Part shown: positions 1 through 11,699 of the stretch, piece by piece
How the letters are laid out: each line of letters starts with the position of its first letter
How positions within the stretch are numbered: the first letter of the stretch is position 1
DNA from: Octopus bimaculoides
Taxonomy: Eukaryota
DNA length: 46,737 bases
Direction of reading: 5' to 3'
NCBI RefSeq assembly: GCF_001194135.2
Contig: NC_068984.1
Coordinates: forward strand, 80,603,955 to 80,650,691
Translations under genes and position numbers: made by a program
The notes under the pieces: generated by a model
Told to the model about the DNA's origin: nothing
Database searches by the model: none
Seen by the model: the letters and a program-made list of their open reading frames with translations, nothing else

Positions 1-520
1 TATTATTATTATTATTATTATTCAGTAGTTTTATTTTTATATTATGCTTCCACTTCACTACCGAGCGCAGCTCTGTGTGCCTTGGGTATGTGCTGTGGTT
101 TGCTGTGGTGCTCTTATGGTTACTGTATTGAAAGTGTCTTGCGTAGGATGTATGCAGTGCCCAGTCGTGCAATTTTCTGTATGTTATATATATTTGTAAG
201 CCCTGGTGTTTTTGTTATGTATTTGTCTGAATATTTTATTTATCATATCTAATGCGCTTACTATGATAGGAATTATTTCTGTTTTTAGAGTCCACATTCG
301 AGTTACCTCTATTTCCAGGTCTTTGTATTTTGAAAGTTTCTCCATTTCTTTTAGGGAAACGTTGTCATCTACTGGTATTGATACATCAATTAGAAAGCAT
401 TTTTTTCTTCATGATCTCTGACAACTATATCTGGCCTATTGACTTTAATTTCTCTATCTGTGTGTATTGGCATATCCCAGAGTATGGTTGCTTTCTCGTT
501 TTCTGTGACCTTATCTGGCG
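1..520 (-). mobile_element. 3' fragment of an R4/Dong-clade (RLE) non-LTR retrotransposon with (TAA)n tail
   Basis: Minus-strand translation gives ETPDKVTENEKATILWDMPIHTDREIKVNRPDIVVRD, then after a frameshift CFLIDVSIP...EMEKLSKYKDLEIEVTRMW...GTAYILRKTLSIQ*. This is the restriction-like endonuclease end of R4/Dong ORFs. A (TAA)n run lies at 1-21. Confidence 0.85.
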
Positions 521-544
521 TCTCTACCTTCACTACGGCGGAGG

Positions 545-2335
545 TACAAGCGTTTGCCACTATAATCCAGTGATGTACAGATGTCTCTTTTGTGTCCTTC
601 TCATGTGTTGTTTTAACAGATGGAAGTCCTATGGCGATTGAGGAGTGGCGACGTGTGCAGACCTGACCAGTTGGAAGCATACAGCTGCAAATCTACACAT
701 AGGTGGCAAGGGTCTCATCACAACATCGTTGTTACGTCTTTCTGTGATAGGGGCTAACTCCGGTGGAGACGCCTGTGTCTGAGCAGCATTATTAAGGAGA
801 GCACTGCCCACCCAAAATCTTGGGAAGGTACTAGTAAAGATGCACTAAAAACTACCTGTCACATCAATGCTGGTTACTTTACTGCGCCTATCGGCTGTTC
901 ATTCCAGCAGGAGAGAGAAAAATGAATCACAAAGCAAAGCATTTATGGAAAAACGAATTAAAATAAATATTTGCTGCTGGAATGTCAGAACTCTTCTGGA
1001 CCAAAGCTCATCAAACCGACCAGAAAGATGAACCGCATTGGTAACAAAAGAACTTCAAAGGTTAGGTATAGATATTGCAACCTTATCAGAAACACGCCTA
1101 TCAGGATATGATCAGTTGACTGAAGCATCATCAGATTTCACACTTTTCTGAACAAGGAAACCAAAAGGAGAACGGTGAAATGGTGGTGTAAGATTCTATT
1201 GCAAATTAGAACTACAGGAAAGATCTTTGATCTGAGAAGGTTCAATTTCAAGTCCAAGGTGTTCGAAATATTAATTAGAGAACTCTTACTCGCTGACGAT
1301 GGTGACTTTTTGGCTCACACTTAGAATGACATGCAACACATCGTGGATTGTTTTGCAGCATCTTGTAATGCCTTTGGCATGGAAATTAATTTTTAAAAGA
1401 CCAAAGTGATGTTCACCTCATCACCAGGGGAAGCATATATCGAGCCAAATATAATGGTGCATGGAACTAGGTTGGGTGTAGCTGATCCTTTTGTTTACTT
1501 TGGTAGTACATTATCAAGGGATGGTTCACTGGATGCAGAAATACACCTTCACATTTATAAGGCTTCTGTAGCCTTTGGAAAACTTGAAAAGAGAGCGTGG
1601 GCAGATCTTGGTATCATTATCAGCACCAAGATAGTATGTACAAGGCTTGCATTCTAAGTGCTCTCTTGTACTTTTCGGAAACGTGGACAATACATCGTAA
1701 GCACCTTAATTTCCTTGAACATTTTAACCAAAAGTGTTTAAGGAGAATTCTAAACATCAAATGACAACAGAAAATACCTGACACGCAAATTCTTATGGAT
1801 GCTGGCTGCACGAGCATTGAATCTACCATCATATCCTCTCAAATGCGTTGGGGAGGTCATGTTGTGCGCATGAATGAGGAAAGACTCCCAAAACAACTAT
1901 TTTACTGTCAATTGTACACTGGAAACGCCCTCAGCACAAACCAAGAAAAGAATATAAAGATTTGATAAAAAACAACCTTAAATATTTTCAGCTTGAAGAT
2001 CAGAATTGGGAAGTGTTTGCTTTAGAGCGAGGTAAATGGAGAGGATATGGGAAGGAAGGCTTCAGAATGTATGAAGAGAGACGTCTTGATCATGAAAAAC
2101 TTAAATGCCATCTTCGAAAAGGCCACAGTATGGACATCAATAAGAACATAGTGAGCTGATTTGTGGTCATTTACTGCTCTCTAAATCTGGGTACATCACT
2201 CATTTAAAATCACATGGAAAACCAACTGTATGCAGCTCTATCCCTCTGCAACAAGAACGCTATTCTCAGACACCCTCGGCAAAACAAGAACGTCAGAAGC
2301 CAAAGTGTGGTTTCACGCGCTGCATAAAATAACTA
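545..2335 (+). mobile_element. Decayed RTE-clade (BovB-like) LINE with a large internal deletion
   Basis: APE N-terminus ICCWNVRTLLD...ELQRLGIDIATLSETRL...GGVRF (about 955-1196) is fused directly to late RT sequence RTTGKIFDLRRF...ELLLADD (LADD at 1289-1300), KTKVM, FVYFGSTLS, RWGGHVVRM, RLPKQLFY and a C-terminal CGHLLLSKSGYITHLKSH zinc finger. There are many stops and frameshifts. The 5' boundary is approximate. Confidence 0.88.
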
Positions 2336-2513
2336 CCAAATTTCCCTTACATTCACCAGTCACGTTTTGGATAATTTAGTTACGTTGTCCTGAACATACA
2401 GGGTCACACACCTGGAATGTCTATTTATCAAAGGTTTGCTCGATCAGGGCTAACCTGGTGTTAAATCAACAAGAATAGTGACATAAACGTCATTTCTTAA
2501 TTTACACACTCCT

Positions 2514-3132
2514 AAAGCGGCGAGTTGGCAGAATCATTAGCACCTTAGACAAAACTCTTAGCGATATTTCGTCCGTCTTTACGTTCTGAGTTCAAATTCC
2601 GCTAAGGTCGACTCTGATTTTCTTCCTTTCGGGATCGATAAAATAGACACCAGTTAAGTAGCGGGATCAGTGTCGTCAAATTGCCCCTTATGTACAAGTT
2701 TTAGGCTTTCGGCACATAGTAGAAGGCATTATCATTATGATAAAATGCAGCAAGCTGGAAAAATCGTCAGCAACCGTTCAAATTATGTCGAGATCGACTT
2801 TGCCTTTAAGCCTTTCGATGTCGATAAAGTAAGTACGAGTCAAATACTGGAGCCGACGTAATCGACAAGTCCTCTCCCGCAAAATTTTAGTGTGTGCTAA
2901 CTGTGGAAAGTATATTTTACTCACCTTTAAGGCAGTAAGCTGATAAAATCGATAGCATTTCAGACAAAATGCTTTGCGGCATTTCTTCCGGCTATTTAAG
3001 TTCTGAACTCAAATAAGTTTGCCATTCATTCAGGGTCGATAAAATAAGTACCAATCAAATACTGTAATCGATGTAATTGACCAACTCCTGTTCATAAGAT
3101 TTCTGGCCTTGTGCCAAAATCTGAAACCATAA
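2514..3132 (+). mobile_element. Cluster of three tRNA-derived SINE copies (family A)
   Basis: Copies at about 2514-2672, 2760-2880 (partial) and 2925-3132. They share an A-box-like TGGCAGAATC, B-box GAGTTCAAATTCC and the body GTCGACTTTGCCTTT...GTCGATAAAATAAGTACC, which recur in more than ten other places in the window. Confidence 0.8.
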
Positions 3133-4744
3133 TTTAGACACTATTATAAATATAGGTCATTTATCTATAATCAAATAAGACTCACTCATTTTATTCAGAA
3201 ATGATTTCCATTAATTGGAGGTGAATGAATAACAAGTTTTGATTGTTTTTTTTTCTTTTTCTCATTTGTCATTCTGTTGTAAGAGGGAGGCATAATTAAT
3301 GTAATGTAATTTTGTTTTGCTTCACGTTTGTACCAGGTGATTTTTCTTTACATTGGCTTGATTTTTCTTCTTTGTATAAACATTTATTTTGCATGATTAA
3401 CGCGCTTTTACAAAAGCTGAAACTCAAAACTTAAGTTGTTCTAACACTGAATGTAAAATGAAACATCTGCTACTGTTACAACACTTTGGGTGTCAACAGG
3501 AATACATGCATGCACGAACATACACACATGTACATGCACGCACGCATATAAACATACATATTGCAAACATGCGCATACACATACATTCATACATTCACAC
3601 ATACACACACGCGCGCGCGCGTATTAAGAGAGGGAGATCTAGATATGCTGGTGTATCCAAACATTGCTGTTATAAGTCAGAAATTAATTTCCGTTATCCA
3701 GACACCACCACTTCAAACGAATGCTTATATATNNNNNNNNNNNNNNNNNNNNNNNNNNNNNNNNNNNNNNNNNNNNNNNNNNNNNNNNNNNNNNNNNNNN
3801 NNNNNNNTATATATATATATATATTTATATGTATGTATATATATGCTCATATGTATGATTTTATTGACACTTAAATCGTGTATAATGGTTAACTCTGACT
3901 ATATTTGAAGTCAGTAGAGAAAACCATTTCTTGGTAAACTTATCACTTTTCCATCAAAATCGATAATATTGAAGTCTACAGTTAGTTTACTACTATTAAC
4001 CTTAAAATTATAAAGAGCAGAATCTAATTTGAGAGAATTAAAATTGTGCCAAGGAAGCCTATCGAAGCCTGTCTGGTCTTGTTTCTGTGGGGAAGTGACA
4101 GTGTGTCATAGACGTTCGATATTGTCAGAAACTAGACATTTATGTCTATCAATTTTAGAGGAGAACGGACAACACAAATAATCAATTATCATTAAATGGG
4201 GAGCAGTAAGAGAAAGCGAACACATGATGTTTCTGGTGATCTTGATTAGGAGATATAGCTCTTAAAAATAAATTAAAGCGTAGATGATTCATTTAAAAAA
4301 ATCCTTGCAAAATGAAATTAATGATAGTCATTTTGTATCTGTACGTATTCCAGTGTTGCCATATTAACCTTTTGATTTGCAATTTTTGTGATGCTTCAAA
4401 CGATATATCTGACAGTACTTGGAGGCCAAGGTATGTTAGTAGTTGGCTAACATAAGCGCTGTCAGTTGATACATAATCTACACCAAATTCAGTATTTTGG
4501 CTTTTTTTAATAGTAATAAAATAGTTAGAAGCAGAATAGCGGCGTCCGTTTTCCTTTCCATGGTTTCCACGACTTGTGAGGGATGAAAGGAAATGCAGAC
4601 TTTTTTTCCGCTAGCCTGAGACCTGACAAAAAAATTATAAAATGGTGAACCCCGTTTAAGACACTGAAATGCTAAGTAGTGTTGTTAAACAAGGTGACAG
4701 TTTACGTCTTCCACCCTGGACAGGAGCAGTCTATCCGATCGGTT

Positions 4745-4895
4745 TCCAGAGTCTCCGTCTACCAAATATTTTTTTAGAAGGCTTTGGTTGATCTGAGGTT
4801 TGGGCAGCAGGCAACTAGTCAAGATGCCGCGAATTGAAATTGAACCAAACACTGGTGGTAGTGACGTAAGCTTTTTAATCAACAGCCAAGCATGA
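4745..4895 (-). mobile_element. 5' half of a family C SINE
   Basis: GTCTACCAAAT...GGCTTTGGTTGATCTGAGG...ATTGAACC matches the head of the copy at 8793-9219. Confidence 0.65.
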
Positions 4896-5639
4896 AAATA
4901 GTTTCACTTTCATAAGAATCAAACCCAATTTATTACAGGTACCGCTTTCAGTAGACAAGCTGAGAGGCGTGCAGATTTTCGTGTTATGCACAGAATAGGG
5001 TTTTATACTAGAGTAGAGCAGTATTTGAATATATAAGAGAAAACACCAAAGGCTGCAAAAATAAAAAATTAAATAAAAGATAAAGAAATGTGAGGATTTT
5101 GAGAACAAGAAGAGAGAATATTAGAAGGAAAATTCTGGGGATATTTGTTTGGACATATACAAGATGTTTCTTAGAACGGTTACCTAAACGGCAGTCCAGT
5201 TCTCTTATATTGCAAAACTCGAACGTGATTCAATAAATGGGGTTAACGCAGGTATAATTGGAGGTGCCCTCCCGGGATATTGGTCATTTGAGGAATATAG
5301 CCGAAATCGCTTGCACAATTTACAGCACAGACGGTTTTCAAGAAAAGCATTTAACCACGCTGCCTATTATATATAAATATTGGAAAATTGTCGGTGATTC
5401 GCTCCATCGTTACTGAGAATTTCACACAGACACACTCAGAACTTCACACATGCACACAAGATGTGCGTATATGATCTTACAGACGATATTGCTGAATTCA
5501 TAATATAACGTAGATAATAGTAGAACAGAATCACCAATATCACTTGGCAGATCGTATGCATAAATATCTAGCATGTGTGAGTGAAGTTTTGAGTAACGAG
5601 GGAAGGAAAAATGTCTGATTGTTATCGAAAAGTATAAAA

Positions 5640-5674
<35 letters not shown>

Positions 5675-8600
5675 NNNNNNNNNNNNNNNNNNNNNNNNNN
5701 NNNNNNNNNNNNNNNNNNNNNNNNNNNNNNNNNNNNNNNNNNNNNNNNNNNNNNNNNNNNNNNNNNNNNNNNNNNNNNNNNNNNNNNNNNNNNNNNNNNN
5801 NNNNNNNNNNNNNNNNNNNNNNNNNNNNNNNNNNNNNNNNNNNNNNNNNNNNNNNNNNNNNNNNNNNNNNNNNNNNNNNNNNNNNNNNNNNNNNNNNNNN
5901 NNNNNNNNNNNNNNNNNNNNNNNNNNNNNNNNNNNNNNNNNNNNNNNNNNNNNNNNNNNNNNNNNNNNNNNNNNNNNNNNNNNNNNNNNNNNNNNNNNNN
6001 NNNNNNNNNNNNNNNNNNNNNNNNNNNNNNNNNNNNNNNNNNNNNNNNNNNNNNNNNNNNNNNNNNNNNNNNNNNNNNNNNNNNNNNNNNNNNNNNNNNN
6101 NNNNNNNNNNNNNNNNNNNNNNNNNNNNNNNNNNNNNNNNNNNNNNNNNNNNNNNNNNNNNNNNNNNNNNNNNNNNNNNNNNNNNNNNNNNNNNNNNNNN
6201 NNNNNNNNNNNNNNNNNNNNNNNNNNNNNNNNNNNNNNNNNNNNNNNNNNNNNNNNNNNNNNNNNNNNNNNNNNNNNNNNNNNNNNNNNNNNNNNNNNNN
6301 NNNNNNNNNNNNNNNNNNNNNNNNNNNNNNNNNNNNNNNNNNNNNNNNNNNNNNNNNNNNNNNNNNNNNNNNNNNNNNNNNNNNNNNNNNNNNNNNNNNN
6401 NNNNNNNNNNNNNNNNNNNNNNNNNNNNNNNNNNNNNNNNNNNNNNNNNNNNNNNNNNNNNNNNNNNNNNNNNNNNNNNNNNNNNNNNNNNNNNNNNNNN
6501 NNNNNNNNNNNNNNNNNNNNNNNNNNNNNNNNNNNNNNNNNNNNNNNNNNNNNNNNNNNNNNNNNNNNNNNNNNNNNNGGGACACTGATATAGTAGGCGA
6601 AATGAGGGAGGTTTTCAATCTCGACATGCTACAAAAGACAACCAAAGTTTTGAAGAACAATTTTCTTCCAAAATTTCACTTTTTGTATCAACCCCGCCTA
6701 CTGATTTTCAAAATAAAGACACCTGCTTCACAGAAATACAAGAATACATCAGTGCAGCTATTCCCAATACCCAAACAATATACATCGAAATATTTAGTAA
6801 ATTCCACAATAACACTTCTTTGTTAATGAGAAAACGAAATAGCTTGCATCCATATATTTCTAGTTTTTATCGCCAAATTTGGACAAATTTAAACGTTTCA
6901 AATCGTCTCTAAAAACACCATTTAAGCCTTCAGCCCAAATTAGTAATTTAGTGTCAGTTTATAAAACTAATGAATCATTTTTCTCAGAAGATGCGTCTTT
7001 AAAAAGTCTTATAGACTTGTAATTGGTTCCTACTCCCGGTTAAAAATATTCTCTACAACTTGGATCGTTTTTTTTTTAGTCCTCAGTTGTAATTTTGTTC
7101 ACATCCAGTATGCATCATAGCTGTATTTCATAGGAGAAAAGGGATCCCCGGGGTGTTGTGATGAGTGAAAATGAGCAGAAAAATCAATATCTAAAAATTA
7201 AGACCATTTAAAATATTTCGCATTTACATTTTGACGTGGAGACACGCTGTGTGATCAAGATGCTTCAAAAGAATGCATGTGATTACACCGCTTTTGCATC
7301 AAATTACTCAACTCATGTTGCAGTACTGTTTCCTGATTGGCGCCATTTAATTCATTTACTGCTGCATTATTGGCGTGTTTCTTCTTCATCTTGAGTTCCT
7401 CCTTGAATATCTTTTTAATATAATTTACTTTTTGTCAGTTTATAAAATTTTCGTTTTTTTTACTGTAGTTTGAACTTTTTGAAAAGATTCAATATTTTTT
7501 GCCGTTAGCATTTTTAGTTTTGTCTCAAAGAAGATAGACAAATACAGGAGCCTGGCCGGCCGGCCGCTGCCGTCGTAGTCTCAGGTGTTTTCTGGCCCTG
7601 CACTACTGATTTCGACACCAAAATCGGGATTACTGAGGTCCGTCTGAGAAATGAGCCGTTGGGTACTTGTTGCAGCGAGTGCTACTGCCCATTCTCAGCG
7701 ACAACGCCTTTGCAAGCATATCTACGAAACGCAGCTGAACACGTCATTTGTTCTGGGGTGTACAACCCGTTATTCCCTACCCCGTCTTCTGCTGTTTAAT
7801 TCCCTCCGTTTTTACCTTTTTCTTTGTTTCTTTGGTGGGGTANNNNNNNNNNGGGGGGGGGTCTTGTTAGTTTGATCGTTTATAATTTTAACGTATTTTT
7901 TGTTTCTTTTCTTCCTGTAAAAATATATTGTTAATAAAATGTTATTCGTAAAAAATATATAACAAATGTATGTTATTTTAATTTTAAAATGTTAAATAAA
8001 CATTGTCGAAGATAATTCATTCTCTTATTCAACATGCAGTATATATAGTCCCTAGTACATGTTTAAAACTTAGTCCTCTTTGCATATTCAAACACATTTC
8101 AGTCGATAATAATGATAAGTATTATGTAAGAAAAAGATATTATTTCTTGGCTTTAAAAAAGTGTTGCCTATAAAAAGTGTGGTCTAGCAGGAAATGCAGG
8201 TTCAGTATTAATACTATCACAGGAAAAGTGCAGAAGGAGATTAATTGGAAGTTTTAAAATATTACAGCTGAAGTTGGAATTGAAATAGAAAAGAAATTAT
8301 TTTGAGTTTCATTCAAATGTAAAAGCATACCTCCCCCACCCTTCCGATACTAACTCCCCTTATGAAGCAAATTCTATATGGAACATTTTAGATTAATCCT
8401 CTATAAGATAGGAGTATGATGGAAGAGGCTTGAAACTTTTTTATACAATGATGTAATCTATCTTTCAAAATTTTAAAAATGCTACCTTCCTTGAATGCCT
8501 TTCCAACAGTAGCTGAGCTAACATTTAGGCATAGAGAAATACGAGTTCTGTCAAATAGACAGCTCAGAGATAATGAGAGATAAAAGTATGGTGGTTTTGG

Positions 8601-8792
8601 TGAGGTCTGCTATCTCCTAATAAAGTTTGAAAATTTACCCCCAGGAGAGACAAAAATCTGGAAGTATCCCCATAAAACTTGGGCTCCTGATACTCAGAAA
8701 CAACCCCACCAACACCCGTATCTTCTATAAAGCTTGACCCAGAACCACCCTACCCCAAAGTGCACAATTTTTTTTTTGTTTTGTCAAGCTTC

Positions 8793-9219
8793 TATCTTTT
8801 ATCTTTTACTTGTTTCAGTCATTAAGTTGTGGCCATGCTGGGGCACCACCTTGAAGAATTTTAGTCAAATGAATCAATCCTAGTACTTGCTTTTCTAAAG
8901 TACTGCTGCTTATTCTCTCGGTCTCCTTTGCCGAACTGCTAGGCTACGGGGAGGTAAACACACCAACGCCGGTTGCCAAGTGGTGAGTGAGAGACAAAGA
9001 CAAATACAAAGACACACACACATATACATACATACATACATACATACATACATACATGACGGGCTTTTTTCGGTATCCGTCTACCAAATTCACTCATATG
9101 GCTTTGGTCGACCCGAGGCCATACTAGAAGACACTTGCTCAAGGTGCCACGCGGTGAGATTGAACCTTGAACTACGTGGTTGGGAAGCAAACTTCTTACC
9201 ACACAGCAACGCCTGCACC
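8793..9219 (-). mobile_element. Full-length family C SINE (tRNA head, CORE-like motif, internal microsatellite, conserved tail)
   Basis: On the minus strand: head GGTGCAGGCGTTGCTGTGTGGTAAG, B-box GGTTCAATCTC, CORE-like GGCACCTTGAGCAAGT, internal (ATGT)n/(GT)n, and tail GGTGCCCCAGCATGGCC...ATGACTGAAACAAGTAAAAGA. The same architecture occurs at 30928-31600. Confidence 0.85.
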
Positions 9220-9500
9220 AATCATTTATTTTCCTCAGACTCAGAATAAATCATGTGGTGTATTTTCGACTCGATATGCAGATGTGTGTGTGTGTGTCTG
9301 TGTGTGTGTCTGTGTGTGTGTGTGTGTGCGTGTGCTTACGCATGTATGTATGTATGTATGTATTGCGTACATATGTATGTATATACTATAGCTTACATAT
9401 TTTGATCCCCACTTTCTCATCCTCGTTACCAACACTGCAGCAGCCATTATTACAACCACCACCAAACTTCTCCTAGCATCGCTTGCCCCTCCTTTCTCAT

Positions 9501-9534
<34 letters not shown>

Positions 9535-9535
<1 letters not shown>

Positions 9536-9710
9536 GTTGTGTCGACACACCCAGGCGAAGAAGTAGGATCTCCCAAGACATATAAATAGAGGTAGTCTGG
9601 CCGTGGTAGGGGTGTTGAATAGCAGATGAGTAGCAGTCGAGTAGCAGTTGTGTAGCAGTTGACTAGAGATCATCCGAAGGTGCTAAATAGCAGTAGCTTG
9701 AGACACAACA
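9535..9710 (+). mobile_element. 176-bp solo-LTR-like element inserted in an (ACT)n microsatellite
   Basis: Perfect 9-bp terminal inverted repeats TGTTGTGTC (9535-9543) and GACACAACA (9702-9710), TATAAATA at 9581-9588, and CTACT on both flanks. The microsatellite phase shift fits a 5-bp target-site duplication. Confidence 0.7.
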
Positions 9711-10259
9711 CTACTACTACTACTACTACCCCATCGCTACTGTCTCCCCCTCCCAGCACCAACACGAACGTCTCTCCCCATATTTGTTAACGTCAAACAT
9801 CCACCCAATCATCATAAACACCGACATTAAAAACGCCTTCAAAACTTTTCATGCCTCACCACCATTAACTACGGTCACGACACTTTTGTGTCGCCATTAC
9901 AGCCGTTCAAATATCACCCGTACCATATACATCGACCATAGTACGACCAGCCAGTTATGTAGTTTCTTTTAGTCCTATATCCTTCTGAATACCTGTCTTT
10001 ATATTTTGGTTCCCTAGCTCCCTATAGTCTTAGTAGCTAAACCACAAACCACAGGCACTTCTTCAAAAGCCTTCTCGAACTTATAGCTATTGATTATATG
10101 TGTGTCTGTTTGTCTGTCTATCTGTCTGTCTATCTGTCTGTCTGTATGTATGTATGTATGTATGTATGTATGTATGTATGTATGTATATGTGTGTGTATA
10201 TACACATATATTTATATATGTATATATATAGTGTTATATATATATATATATATATATAT

Positions 10260-10440
10260 GGGAGAATATACAAAAAATAACAACAGACGAGGACAGGTGG
10301 TGTAAATAACAAAAGTATATATTAGTATGACGCTCGGGAATACGGAAAGTCTTTGACGTTTCGAGCTACGCTCTTCAACAGAAAGAATACGGAGACAAGG
10401 AGAAAAACACGGAGAAAAAAAATTGATTGAGGGTGGTTTG
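10260..10440 (-). mobile_element. About 180-bp non-coding Penelope/retrozyme-like mini-element inside (TA)n
   Basis: Unique sequence bounded by (TA)n on both sides and containing a hammerhead motif at 10350-10386. Confidence 0.6.
10350..10386 (-). ncRNA. Minimal type-I hammerhead ribozyme motif (variant core CUGUUGA)
   Basis: Minus strand reads TCTTT-CTGTTGA-A-GAG-CGTAG-CTC-GAAA-C-GTC|AAAGA. Stem I is 5 bp, stem II is 3 bp, stem III is the palindrome ACGT, and the cleavage triplet is GUC. Confidence 0.65.
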
Positions 10441-11699
10441 ATATATATATATATATATTGTGTTACATTATGTGTGTTTGTGTGTATTGTGTATGTGTAT
10501 GTGTGTACATATGTGCATAGGAAACACATTCCAGACGTGTGCATGATGTACCCATGATAGGTAGGTTTTGTTTTCATTTTCTCAGCGTGTCGGAACACAG
10601 ATTCTGGTTTCTTAATGTAATGACTGCCAGACAGAATGTACAACAAAACAAAACAAAGCAAAACAAAACATCTCTTATATTTTCAATATCAATTATGATT
10701 ACTTCAGCTACATAATTTACACAGTTGGTCTAAATGACTACAGGGCAATTAACGCAAATTAATTATATACACCAATATTTCTCTGCATCTGTGCACACAC
10801 TCTTCATTTCATCACGCCTAAAATCCGCCAAAAAGTACTATGGTAATTACCTCTCGTCAATTCAATATATATGTCTAGCAAGTGTTGTGCTTAAAAATAA
10901 TATAATTTATATAGTTTGTCATAGTTTGAGCTAGCAGTTTATATTGGTTTAGTTAGGCACTCAAATAATATTTGACTTCAACAAACCAGCAATATATAGA
11001 TATCTGAACAGGGGACGAGGAAGATTTTCATCGATCAATGGTTACTTTCACCTGTAACAATGGTTCTAGTATTTGAACAACTACAATGCTTGAAGATCTA
11101 GTTTAATTACAGAATTCACGATCGCTTCTGGTTTTGTTATTACACTTTGAAAATGTTAAGTTACTTGACAAGGTGAAAAATCCATTGATTTTCAAATCCG
11201 CTATTATTTAACTATAGGGAGTGTTCAAGTTCATTGTTGTGCAATTATTCTGTTGCTCTGTTTTGTTATCAGCAACGTATTAATATGTTTAACGAATTCT
11301 CTTTAAGAAAACTTGCTGAGAGGATGGATACTTGAGAAATTTCAGAATTACAGTGAGAATAAAGTTCGTGTTGGAAGGTTAACGCTCATGACTTTTGAGG
11401 CACCTCAAATCGGTAATGTTTATGCAGCTGAGGTTCAGATAAACTTTAGCGAAATGCAAGCAAAGAAGATTTTCCAAGAGAAAAATCAATGTCGAAATTA
11501 AAGGATTGAGCAAAACGCTCTGAGCAGAGGCTAATTGGAAGAGAAATGTATGCATGATATAGGCTTGTATTTAGATAGTATGTACATTGTTATTTAAAAG
11601 AAATAGACACTGTAAAATTAGTGAAGGAAGAGGTAGAAATATGATACGAAGCGGGTGAGTTGTGGTTAAAGGACAAATCAGAGTGGGAGGTACGATTAT

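Noticed and set aside
6580-7540. Polinton/viral-type coding remnant on the minus strand
   Set aside because: Only a vague compositional resemblance, with many stops and no diagnostic motif.
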